Below are positions 8,401 to 18,794 of a stretch of 22,905 nt of DNA, one piece after another; position 1 is the stretch's first letter; every line of letters begins with the position of its first letter. Source of the stretch: Macrostomum lignano (taxonomy: Eukaryota); the NCBI GenBank assembly GCA_002269645.1, contig NIVC01004367.1, positions 1 through 22,905 of the forward strand. The letters are read 5' to 3'. The notes under the pieces are model-generated. The model was not told the DNA's origin and searched no databases. It saw nothing but the letters and a program-made list of their open reading frames with translations. The position numbers and the translations under genes were made by a program.

Positions 8401-11400
8401 CTCTTGATCGCGGTAGGTTCGGTAAAACTCCGATCTGCAGATTCGGGAGTGGTGGGGATAAAGCAATTGAGCCGATTTATCTCCTTATGGAAGCTGGCAG
8501 TTTTACTGATAAATTTGCGATGCTAGATTTTGAGGGTAGTTTAAGGGCGACCGATGGGTTGGCTTGGGGGCGATTTTTTAGGTGATTTGGAAGCGATTCT
8601 TGATGTGGTTTGGAAGCGATTCTTGATGTGGTTTGGGGGCGATTTCTGAGGTAGTTTGTGAGGGCAATTCTGGAGATGATTTGGGGGCATTTTGAGGTGA
8701 TTTTAAGACGATTTTTAAAGTGATTTGGGGACGATTTTTCAAATGAATTGGGGGCGATTTTGAGATGATTTGGGGACGATTTTTGAAGTGATTTGGGGAA
8801 GATTGTTGAGGTGGTTTGGGGGAAATTCTTGAGATAGTTTTGGGGGGCGATTCTTGGGGTGGTTTGGGGGGGATTCTTGAGGTGTTGGGATGTTGAGTTA
8901 GGGGACACCTGAAGCTATGATTGATTTACGGGGATTCTCGGGTGATTTTTTATCTCAAAAAACACACACAAACGCACCTAAAGAAGCCGCGATGAATGGC
9001 GGACTCGTTGAGCACAACGGAGTCCTCCTGATTATAGCCTGTGTAAGAAGCGATAGCTACTATACTGTTAATACCAGCTGGCAGCTCTCTGAATCGCAGA
9101 TACTCCATAGCGCGAGTAGTTACTAACGGCTTCTGCGGATAGTACAGCACATTAGCCAGGGTGTCCATCCGCATATGATAGTTGGATATGTAGACACCCA
9201 TGGCCTGCTTGCCCATAGCGGACTGGTAAGTATTCCTGGGACTCTGGTTGTGATCGGGGAACGGTATAATGGAGGCACAGACGCCGAGAATCATGCTGGG
9301 ATGAATTTCGCAGTGAGTGTAAGTTGAACAGTACACTCCGGAATCGGAAATATCGTTCGGAGTCATCGCGATCATGACAGTCTCCTCTTCCAGCGTGTCG
9401 ATGTATTCAACGACTCCGCTAGTGACCAGATCCTGCCAGCCGTACCGTCTGGTACCGTCGCCGCCTTCGGCTTCGCGCAATTCGTCAATATGCCGCTTCT
9501 TCAATAGCAGCTTCTGATTCTCAACGATTAGCAGGGGTCGGCAGATTCTGCCGGCGTCTGTGAAAATGCGAATCTCTTTCTCGCGAAAGTCGCGCACTAT
9601 GGTGACCTCGGATACGATGATGTCCATCTCGCGGCGGAGTCGCTTCAGCGTAGTCATCAGCTGGTCCGGATTGCGGTGGATGCCCACCCAGCAGCCGTTG
9701 ACAAAGATCTTCGTGGCGCTAAGGGAAGAATATGGTTGCATTTTGTTAACACTGCCTGCATCTGTTCAGAGTCCCGTTGCTCTACATCTTGCGTTCCACC
9801 GATCTCACTTGAGTCTCAATTCTTTTTGTCGAGTCCCGCTACTCTCACAAGTCCCGCTACTGTCAGGAGTCCCGCTACTCTCACAAGTCCCGCTACTGTC
9901 AGGAGTCCCGCTACTCTCACAAGTCCCGCTACTCTCAGGAGTCCCGCTACTCTCACAAGTCCCACTACTCTCACAAGTCCCACTACTCTCACAAGTCCCA
10001 CTACTCTCAGGAGTCCCGCTACTCTCAGGAGTCCCGCTAATCTCCAAGAGTCCCGCTACTCTCACGAGTCCCGCTAATCTCCAAGAGTCCCGCTACTCTC
10101 ACGAGTCCCGCTGCTCTCAGGAGTCCCGCTTCTCTCACGAGTCCCGCTACTCTCACGAGTCCCGCTACTCTCACGAGTCCCGCTACTCTCAGGAGTCCCG
10201 CTTCTCTCACGAGTCCCGCTACTCTCAGGAGTCCCGCTACTCTTAAGTCCCACTACTCTCACAAGTCCCACTACTCTCAGGAGTCCCGCTTCTCTCACGA
10301 GTCCCGCTGCTCTCAGGAGTCCCGCTTCTCTCACGAGTCCCGCTGCTCTCAGGAGTCCCGCTTCTCTCACAAGTCCCGCTGCTCTCAGGAGTCCCGCTTC
10401 TCTCACGAGTCCCGCTACTCTCAGGAGTCCCGCTTCTCTCACGAGTCCCGCTACTCTCAGGAGTCCCGCTTCTCTAGAGTCCCACTACTTTAGAGTCCCA
10501 CTACTCTCGCGAGTCCCTCTACTCCAGCTAGTCCCGCTACTCTAGAGTCCCGCTACTCCAGCTGCGCTGCGCTCCTTTAGTCGCCCCGCCTCGATTCCTC
10601 AAGGTCTGCCCTACTCACTCGGCAATCGAAGACGGGGCGATCTCCTCCAAATTCTCCATGCTCCACTCCTCCAGAAACTCGTGAATAGGGCTGGGCTGCG
10701 AGCCAACGCTAATATAAGCCATTAGCGCCAGATTTTTCACTAGGCCAACAGCTTGACCTTCAGGCGTCTCGGCCGGGCAGATCATGCCCCAGTGCGTGTT
10801 GTGCAGCTGACGCGGCCTAGCCAGCTTGCCGTCGCGCCCGATTGGCGAGTTCAATCGGCGCAGATGACTCAGCGTACTGGTGAAGGTCAGCCGGTTTAGC
10901 ACCTGCGACACGCCGGCCCGAGCCTGATGGGCCTTCTTCTGATCGCCCCAATTGCCTGTGGCCAGAGAGTAGCGCAGCCCGTCAGTGATGATGGTGTTGA
11001 TAACGGCCGCCTCAACGCCGAAATCTCCATTCTTCTGCCGGTCGATTTGTCTCTGTGCGTACAGCCGGAACTCCTTGGCCAGATTGCGGAATAGGCCGCG
11101 GAATAGGAAGGCTAACAGCGGGCCGGCTAGATCCAGGCGCTTGTTACCATAGTGATCGCGATCGTCTACTTCGCGACGGCCAAGGGCGGCCAGCAGGAGG
11201 CGGTGGGTCATGTAGCTGAGGGGGATTCGGAGCATCACATTAGTGAGATCTAATTAGAGTATGGACTCAGCTTTAGACATTTGACCCAGTAAGATTCTTG
11301 ACTCATAGGGGGATGCTGACCCAGTAAGATTCCTGACTGACTCATAGGAGATGCTGACCCAGTAAGATTCCTGACTGACTCATAGGGGATGCTGACCCAG

Positions 11401-13274
11401 TAATATTCTTGACTGATAGGGGATGCTGACCCAGTAAGATGCTTGACTCATAGGGGATGCTGACCCACTAATATTCCTGACGCAGGGGCCGCTGACTCGG
11501 AGAGAATAATAAAACAACCGTGTAAGAATCCGCGCTACTCCTCACCCCAAGAAGTAGGCCTTCCGAGTCTCGCAATAGTCGCTGATGCCAACATGCGGCA
11601 GCATCTCCTTCTGCAAGATGTCCTTAGCGTAGGCGATTCGTTTCTCCTTGGTCACGCCGGGCCTGGCGCCGCGGGAGCCGATGAAGTTCAGCGCCACATT
11701 CTGCTCCTGAATGACGAAGGCGTCGTCTAGAGACGGCTTAACCATCTCCATCATCTCGGGATCATCGAACTCGTAGATAATGTGCTCGAGTATGTCTCTG
11801 TCAGACACGAAGCCCAAGGCTCTGAACACAATAATAATTGGTATCTCCTGTTTGATGTAGGGCAATATGCCCACAATCTTGGATCCGACGCTTGTCTTCT
11901 TGCCGGCCGTGCCGCCGCCCTTAGCAACCATGTTCACCCACAAAGTAGACGTAGGCCTAGACGAGTGCTCCAAGTAGGAGCGAATCTCAGTCTTGAACGA
12001 ATATTTCGAATCCTTCTGTTGGAAAACGTAAACAGTGTTAGTGGCCATTTTCTCTTGGGCGATGAGCACCTTCTCGGAGCCGTTGATGATGAAGTAGCCG
12101 CCGGGGTCGAGCGGGCACTCGTTCAGCTGGGCCAAATCGATATCGCTCATGCCGCTTAACAAACAGTAAGTAGATCTAAGCATAATTGGCATCTTGCCAA
12201 TGAATATCTTGCTGTGCTTCTGTTCCAGCGGCTCCTCATCAGAGTGGATTGTCTTCTTATTGATGTCCACGTATAGCGGGGCGCAGTAGGTCAGGTTACG
12301 CAGTCTGGCATAGTTTGGCATCAGCGGTGCGCTGGATCCGTCCTTCTCCCAGTGGGCCGGCTTGGTCAGGTAGATTTGCTCGAATTTTACCTGGCAACGG
12401 TTTGTTGTAACAGTAGGAATAAGCCGCTTAACACGGGGGATTGTTTCATATCTCCTACACTTCATATCTCCGACACCTCATATCTCCGACGCATCATAAC
12501 TCCGACACACCAAATCTCCGACACATCATATCTCCGACACATCATATCTCCGACACTTCATATATCCGACACATCATATCTCCGACACATCATATCTCCG
12601 ACACATCATATCTCCGACAAATCGTATCACCGACACTTCCTGTCTCCCACTTTTTACTACGACACCTAATATTTCCGACACTTCCCATCTGACACATTCA
12701 TATCTCCGATAGGATTAGGGTTAAGCCTGTTGGAGATATAAAAGCGCATTGTTATGCAGGCACTGTGGAGATGGTTTGTGGTTATAATTTCTACCCACTG
12801 TATTCCTACCGCGACTCAAAGCTGCTACCCTATCACGGCAGGACGAACTGGGACTGGATCAAATCAGTCAAGCTAATTACCCAATTAAGACACAGGCACC
12901 TGTGGCCTGGTGCTCTAGCCACTCCTGCCTATTACTCTAAGCAACAGAGGGCCAAAACAAACCTGATACTTATCGGGCGTCTCGCGAATGCCCATAGCGT
13001 GAGTGGCCTCAGCCTGCAGCTCAATGACCGGTGTGTCTTCAACAATCCTCTGGACCGACATCTGTATGAACTCGTCAAACGAGTCCAACTGCTGTCGGAC
13101 AAGGCCCTTCTCATCAAAATAGGAGGAGATGACGATCCAGCATGCTTCTTGCCAAAAATCATGCGTGATCTCGTCGTCATAGTCATATTCGGCGTAGGGA
13201 TCCGTGTCTGCGAGAGGGTGAAGGCGGGCAAGGCGGCGCGGGGTATAGCTACACTCGATGGGTGGCTGACTCAT
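5195..13274 (-). CDS. POLR2B: DNA-directed RNA polymerase II subunit RPB2 (spliced gene)
   Basis: complement(join(5195..5483,6385..6986,8218..8434,8978..9718,10619..11215,11546..12390,12963..13274)). All junctions are GT-AG and phase-compatible. Length is 3603 nt (1200 aa), or 3540 nt (1179 aa) if 13208-13270 is an intron. Hallmark motifs present: [71 protein letters not shown] and the C-terminal CNLC/CRGC zinc site. Confidence 0.99.
5595..6285. repeat. 23-24 bp minisatellite (ttggttagtttgggggcgattct) in RPB2 intron 5484-6384
   Basis: Homogeneous to about 6135, then degenerate. A variant unit (gcgactttttggggcg) recurs at about 5722, 5897 and 6071. Confidence 0.97.
6385..6986 (-). CDS. POLR2B: RPB2 exon
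   Basis: Acceptor cccgcag|CTC and donor AG|GTGAGT. Encodes [14 protein letters not shown]...[12 protein letters not shown]...PMEGRSR. Confidence 0.98.
7060..8175. repeat. 20-22 bp minisatellite (actcttccccatctcactctcag) in RPB2 intron 6987-8217
   Basis: Roughly 50 near-identical units. A variant block (cctatt...cagctc, usually followed by ttccaattt) recurs at about 7091, 7464, 7881 and 8097. Confidence 0.98.
8218..8434 (-). CDS. POLR2B: RPB2 exon
   Basis: Acceptor tctgcag|A and donor GAG|GTGAGC. Encodes [13 protein letters not shown]...PENEDE. Confidence 0.97.
8500..8948. repeat. Degenerate 22-24 bp minisatellite (ttgggggcgatt(t/c)ttgaggtgat) in RPB2 intron 8435-8976
   Basis: About 16-18 diverged units sharing the ttgggg(g)cgatt core. 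Confidence 0.9.
8978..9718 (-). CDS. POLR2B: RPB2 exon
   Basis: Acceptor ttcccttag|C and donor AG|GTGCGT. Encodes [10 protein letters not shown]...GYNQEDS...HRGFFR. Confidence 0.98.
9832..10560. repeat. 18-bp minisatellite (agtcccgctactctca(ca/gg/cg)) in RPB2 intron 9719-10618
   Basis: Roughly 40 units. A duplicated variant (gtcccgctaatctccaag) occurs at about 10031 and 10070. Confidence 0.98.
10619..11215 (-). CDS. POLR2B: RPB2 exon
   Basis: Acceptor ccctcag|C and donor GA|GTGAGT. Encodes [14 protein letters not shown]...EEIAPSSIA. Confidence 0.98.
11282..11497. repeat. 34-38 bp minisatellite (tgacccagtaagattc(c/t)tgact(gact)cataggggatgc) in RPB2 intron 11216-11545
   Basis: About 6 units. 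Confidence 0.95.
11546..12390 (-). CDS. POLR2B: RPB2 exon
   Basis: Acceptor ttgccag|GTA and donor GG|GTGAGG. Encodes VKFEQIYL...KAYFLG. Confidence 0.98.
12445..12710. repeat. 16-bp minisatellite (tcatatctccgacaca) in RPB2 intron 12391-12962
   Basis: About 16 units, degenerate at the edges. Confidence 0.95.
12963..13274 (-). CDS. POLR2B: RPB2 N-terminal coding exon (13208-13270 may be a 63-nt intron)
   Basis: Encodes [48 protein letters not shown]...DKYQ. Donor CAG|GTTTGT at 12962. The exact start is uncertain. Confidence 0.9.
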
Positions 13275-14936
13275 AACTGCTTCTTATAAAATGACACTTG
13301 CTTTTTTCAGGGAATTTAATGGCAATAATCAAAATGCTGCTTCAAATATTATGCACTGATATGCATCTATCAATCAGAAAATATATTGAGAGCTAGCTCA
13401 CTAGGTGACAGACACCTCTGCTTTCTTCTTAACTCCTGAGTTGACTAAGCTAGCTACGAGTATATGCATAGCTTAGAATTATTTTTGTGTCTTATGCTGT
13501 TTTTAATGAAAGGAAGGAAGAGAATTCTTTAATTCTTTAGCAGCCACTGACATCAATGGCGACTCTAAAAACTATGATAAAAAATCTGAATCCTAAGTAT
13601 AAACAACAATGGCAAAAAATGATGACAAACAATGATTGTGGGTCAGTTGTAAACCTAGCAAAAAAAGTTATAATTTTAATCTGTCAACTGTAAAAACATC
13701 CCCCAAGAAGCATGATGAGACAGCTTGACTGTTACTATATACAAATATTTGTTAGCGCAGCCTGGAATTTCCATGCTCAAATGCATATGAAATACTTTTG
13801 TTGCAAATTACTCACTGTCAAAACCTAGTGCAGATGATATTGAGCTGTATTAGCCATTAATTCTTATGCCTATCATTGAGCAAGAAGCATGACTAGTGAT
13901 CAAGGCCTATAATGCTAACAAGAAAGATGATTATTATTTCTAGTATCTCCCAAAGGTCTATTGATTTTAAACAACACCAACTGTACACACTAATTATTTT
14001 GCAAGCCAACAATATAGATGTTGGTGTCAAGAACAAGCTCACTAGGGCAGTTGGCATCCTCTTTAGCTGCCAAAAAGATGATCAAAGCAGAGCAAACCTG
14101 GTATGGCATGTCAGTCAATTGTGCAAGTCTTCAATTTAACCTAACAACAGCTGTTTTTTATTGCTGACTACCTTGCTAGTAGATAGTTTTTGTCAGTTGA
14201 CTATTCATTTAATACACAATGTTAATAACAATTTTTAGAATATTATTTTAGGCCACATTCAAACTTCTGCCCTATTTTCAACATTTGACACTAAAGGAGC
14301 AATAAAAAGTGAGAACATTTCTTTAGATTAGGGAAAAAAAGCTATTATAAGGCCATTTTCTCAAATCCACAAGAAAGAAAGCTAATTACAATCTTGCAAT
14401 AGCCATCAAGGCTATAAACATTGACATTATTAATGCTTTTCAATGCTTTTCAAAGTGCTGGTCCAAATGCTTTTTAAGTGATAACCATTGAAGGCTTTGG
14501 AAGATCTAAAGTTCTTGGACCACTGTACCTAAGACAAACTAATGCAAAATATATGCATCATTTCCTAAGATTCTAGTAGTTAATGCAATGTACAAAGTAA
14601 CAAATGCTAAAATGCCCATTGTAAATTTCTAGATATTGACTTGTAGATATGCTCTTTTCATGTGCTTTAAACTTTAGGCAAAGAATGAGAAGCTCTTAAA
14701 GTGTTTTAAAGCATAGTCTATGCAGACTAATGAACTGTTCTGTGTTTTATTGTTTAAAATCATTGCCATAGATTTTTGAGATTGTATAACACTACTCCTG
14801 ACCTTAGCACATGTTTTTTGCTGCAGCTCCTGAATAAAAAAATATATCATCATAATTTTAACTTTGTTTTCTTTGTGACAAAATTTCCTTTCATTTGACA
14901 CCATGGGCATGAAATTTTATGGCTCTGCTGAAGAGC

Positions 14937-15084
14937 TATGTTAGACATTCTGGGAACTTTTGGACACCCCTCCTATGATCAATTTCTTTCTTTAAGGTAG
15001 CACCATTTTACATTAGACACATTATGTTAGACATTCCGGGAACTTTTGGGACACCCCTTGTATGATCAATTACTTTCTTTAAGG
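14937..15084. repeat. Direct duplication of about 61 bp containing a Tc1/mariner-terminus-like motif
   Basis: tatgttagacatt(c/cc)gggaactttt(g)ggacacccc...tatgatcaatt...tttctttaagg at 14937 and 15023. The reverse complement of the second copy, tacaaggggtgtcccaaaagtt, resembles TACAGGGTGTCCCAAAA-type Tc1/mariner ends. Confidence 0.75.
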
Positions 15085-15549
15085 CATAGTAACAATTGAA
15101 TCTTATTGATAAATGAGATGCTTATAATTTATTCTTTGTAACTTCTGATTTATATTGCTGACTTTATTTATCTAGATGATATTAGTTCCAAATAAAAAAT
15201 ATGCATATATGCATGCAATAATAATAGTATTAAGTAAAAACAAGATTCAATGGCTTTTCTTTGTAGCTACTTAATATACAACATTTACAAGACTGACAAT
15301 TTTGTCATATTGTTAATGCTTTAACAGGTATTCCTACTTTTATAATCAAACTTTTTAAGGTTACATAAACTTAGTCTAAGAACCAACATGTTTAAAGTAA
15401 TATAATTAGACTAAATATTGCTACATACTATTTAAGAATTAATTGTATATCTTTTAATGATTCTAAACTAGGCTTATAATGAAGAAACAACCTTTGAAAG
15501 ACTTGGAGCATGTGGAGTCACCTAGCAATATGTGTAGTGGCAATATAAT

Positions 15550-15830
15550 AAAAAAGGCAGAAGTGCCAAGACATATCTAATAGTGATACTTTTCTAAATG
15601 AATTTGAAAACAAAAGCAAAGAAGCACAAGAAGTGCAAAGACAAGTCTTTGTTTGATAGTGACACTTATGCAAATGAATTTAAAGATGCAATGTTGGCAA
15701 AAAAGCAAAGAAGCACAAGAAGTGCAAAGACCTTTGGTTGATAATGACATACTGCATACTGCAAACAAATTTGAAGATGATATATTAGCCAAGAAAGTCT
15801 TCAGCAAAGTGCAAAACTTTGTCTTATAGA
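15550..15830. repeat. Degenerate tandem repeat with a period of about 89 bp
   Basis: Exact 31-mer aaaagcaaagaagcacaagaagtgcaaagac at 15612 and 15701, with partial copies near 15559 and 15790. Confidence 0.8.
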
Positions 15831-17509
15831 ACTTTTATCTAATTTGCATAGTTTTGCCTAGCAAGAATCCTTGACATAAATCCTCTCTATATATGCCTAA
15901 GCCCTTTGATCTTGTCCCTGTGGTGTCCCATATTGGCTATGACCAAGATTGACAACTAAAAGACCCCAGATAGTTTAGTCAGATCCAAAGTGCCTTATTT
16001 AGTTGAAAGCCCAATTTTGAGAGATCTGATTTGATGAACCAGTTTGCACAGGTTTGTAATAATGCAGGTTATACATGTAGTGAATCCTTGGAGTAGCTAA
16101 TCTTTGTCTATTTAAAATTCCATGCTTATTGTTTGCTATCCTTCTCTTATAGATATAGGACCTAGACTACTTGCCTATTGATCTAGCTACATAGCTTGGG
16201 CAATGGGGCTGACTATCTGGTAGGAATGGGATTCATTTCTAAGGCCTAAAGTCCTGAAGCTTTCATACTAAAAGGCCAAAACCCATCATTTTTATGAAAC
16301 CAGATTTCTATTTTAATGGGAAAATTATAACCATTTTTGTGTGTGTATGCTAGTCTTGGAGGTATATTTACAATGTATGACTTATAGCCTTGACTTATAT
16401 GTACTTAAACTTACTTGTAGTTTCAAGGGGCTTTGTCCAGATACAATGGAAGCATTGCTATTCATTCCACTAAACTCTGGTGACCTGCAACAGGTAGCTA
16501 TTGCTACAGGCAATGTTGCATAGGGAGGTCCAAAAAGGAGTTCATGCTGTTGAAAGAAATAGTAGATAGCTGCTCTTACAGCTACAACTATGGAAATATG
16601 GTAATTGCAGTCATTGCAGCCATAGATATAAATTTAAAAAATAAATAATATTAGAAAGGAAAAATATAACAAAGATACTTATTATAATTTGCATCATAGA
16701 TTCAAAACCAAAAAATTATACCTAATATAGTACAATAAAAGACTAGCAAATTCTTACTTTTATCAATGTTAAAAAGTTCAATGGTACTTTCAGTAGTAGA
16801 TAGATTGATTGAAATATAATCTTACAAAAAGCAATCGTGTTAGTTTGAATTTCTACCTTTATTTAAAATTGTTTAAGACAAGTATCAAGTTATCCTTTTG
16901 ATTCAAACTACTTTTATTTTCTAGACTAGTAAAACTAGTAATGGACCAAATTTAGATTTTTGCAAGCTTCCAAAACCAAATCCAAATATACAAAAAAACG
17001 GATTAAATCTGAATATCTGAATGTTTCCAAATGCAAGCAAAAAGTGAAAGGTAAACAGCAGGAGTAACTATAATACTTTTAACTATAACAAAAATACCTC
17101 AGCATCTAATTAATGATCTAAATAAGCAACTAATCTATTCTTTAAGTAAAATTCAAGTGAGATTGCAAGAACTAAAACTTAGTAGAAGTAAATAAATTTG
17201 AATTAAATATAATTCCTATACAACTAATCTAACTAGGCCTAATTCTAATCACTAATACTAACTAACATTATATTCATGTTCTCGAAAACAACCATAGTCT
17301 GTAAGTCTATGCATTTGCATTTTGAAAAAACCAACTAATGATTACACTTAAACAATGATTGCCAAAATGTTTTGCAACTTTAGGTTCAATGTCTTAAAGG
17401 TTTTAAAGTTTAGTAACTTTATTTAATAACTTTGTTTTATGAATAATTTGTTGCTGCAAAAAAAATATGATATAAAATATTGCATTTTTGTTTTTAATAT
17501 ACTTTTTAT

Positions 17510-18568
17510 GGCATAATCCTAGCTTCCTGCATTAAATTATTTTGAGTTAAAAAAATAATCCATAGTTAGTCCATAGCAATCAATAGTCTGCTGAGCCTAC
17601 TAGATAGCATAATAATGAGCAACCCAAAATGCAGAACTAGTTGGAAACTAGGAACTTTCCATATGAATACCATTAAAAAAGACTTAGGCGCATGTCAAGG
17701 CAAAGTTCCATAACATGTATGGCACCAACTATGGCCTATTTGATTTGCATCTAAATGAGTATCTCTAGCGCCACCTTGGTATCCAGTCAATCCAGCAACA
17801 AGATGATCCGGTGACAGACAATCTAGCGACAGTCAATCCAGCAATAGACGATCCAGCAACAGATATTAAATCAACGTATAACAGCATATATATGGATTAG
17901 TTGAGCTATTATTTTTAGCTCTTTATTATTACCTATTAATACTTAAATAATTAAATAACAATTACATAAACTATAATTATTGCAGTTATATTTTTACAAC
18001 TATATGTAGCTGTTGATTTTCAATATGTTCTTTTCAAAGACAATCAATCAATTTAATCTGCTTGGAAAGCAAGTTTCTATGACTATAATCAATATTGTTG
18101 TATATATTGTATTTGTGACAATATTTGAGAGTCAAAGAACCAAAAAATTGCTATTCGCACAGCAACTTGTACGTATTATTTTTAAAATGTACACGTAACC
18201 TACATTTAATGTAACAAATAATGCATGGATAATAGTAGTATATATAATAATAGTATAATAATAATAGTATTAATAAAAAATAATAAAAAGCTACAAATAA
18301 TAGCTTAACTAATCTATATATATCATGATATATGTTGATTTAATATCTGTCACCAGATCGTTTGTCACTGGATTGACTGTTGCCAGATTGTCTTGTCGCT
18401 GGACTATCTGGAAGCCGCCACCTTTACCTAGAGAAGTCCTTTAGCAACTTCTTATTCTGGGTTAGTGAGCTCAGTGGACTATTGACTATTATAGACTAAC
18501 CTGTTTTAACTTATTGAGTTGATTTTTTAACTAAAAATAATTTAATGCAGGGAAACTAAGATTATACC
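17510..18568. mobile_element. Outer palindromic (foldback/MITE-like) element
   Basis: 17510-17645 (ggcataatcctagcttcctgcattaaattattttgagttaaaaaa...caatagtctgctgagc...aacccaaaat) is an imperfect inverted repeat of 18440-18568. A possible low-complexity tttttat duplication lies at 17503-17509 and 18569-18575. Confidence 0.65.
17778..18415. mobile_element. Inner long-TIR non-autonomous element, MULE-like (9-bp TSD)
   Basis: Long imperfect TIRs built of gatccggcgaca-type subrepeats followed by gatattaaatcaac (about 17780-17960 versus 18230-18415). Flanked by the direct repeat cgccacctt at 17769-17777 and 18416-18424. A 9-bp TSD with long TIRs is typical of Mutator-like elements. Confidence 0.65.
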
Positions 18569-18794
18569 TTTTTATATAATATCATTATTATATAATATAA
18601 CATCATTGATATCAATGATGGATTTTATATTTATCTAACTAATCTTTCTTAGCCATTTTTATAGTATAGGCTGTAGTATAGTAAGCTTTAGAAAAATTAG
18701 GCAAAAAATATTTTTTCAATCTTTTTATGCTATACATACATTAGCAAAACTTAATAAAACTTGCTAGGCCTAATATTAGATTGAGTCTAATTTC

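Noticed and set aside
8477-8908. 143-aa minus-strand ORF
   Set aside because: It lies wholly within a GT-AG intron and translates a degenerate minisatellite.
9560-10442. Repeat-protein ORFs (SPATLT, ESSGT and AGLVRE repeats) on both strands
   Set aside because: They are translations of the 18-bp intronic minisatellite. Unit length divisible by 3 keeps several frames open.
12352-12692. ISDTSY and ISPTHH repeat ORFs
   Set aside because: They are translations of the 16-bp intronic minisatellite.
5595-12710. CRISPR-like periodic arrays
   Set aside because: They are head-to-tail tandem units with no unique spacers, in a spliceosomal-intron context with no cas genes.
12712-12722. Telomere-like TTAGGG here, and CCCTAA near 1502
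   Set aside because: Single copies are expected by chance.
12385-12968. CAGGT at both junctions of intron 12391-12962 as an introner TSD
   Set aside because: It matches the ordinary proto-splice consensus, the other introns lack it, and the intron has no TIRs.
13500-14940. Possible decayed mariner transposase upstream of the TIR-like duplication
   Set aside because: Only vague C-terminal resemblance, and no catalytic motif could be read.
13912-18198. Short AT-rich ORFs in the upstream block
   Set aside because: No recognisable domains or coding bias; lengths are compatible with chance.
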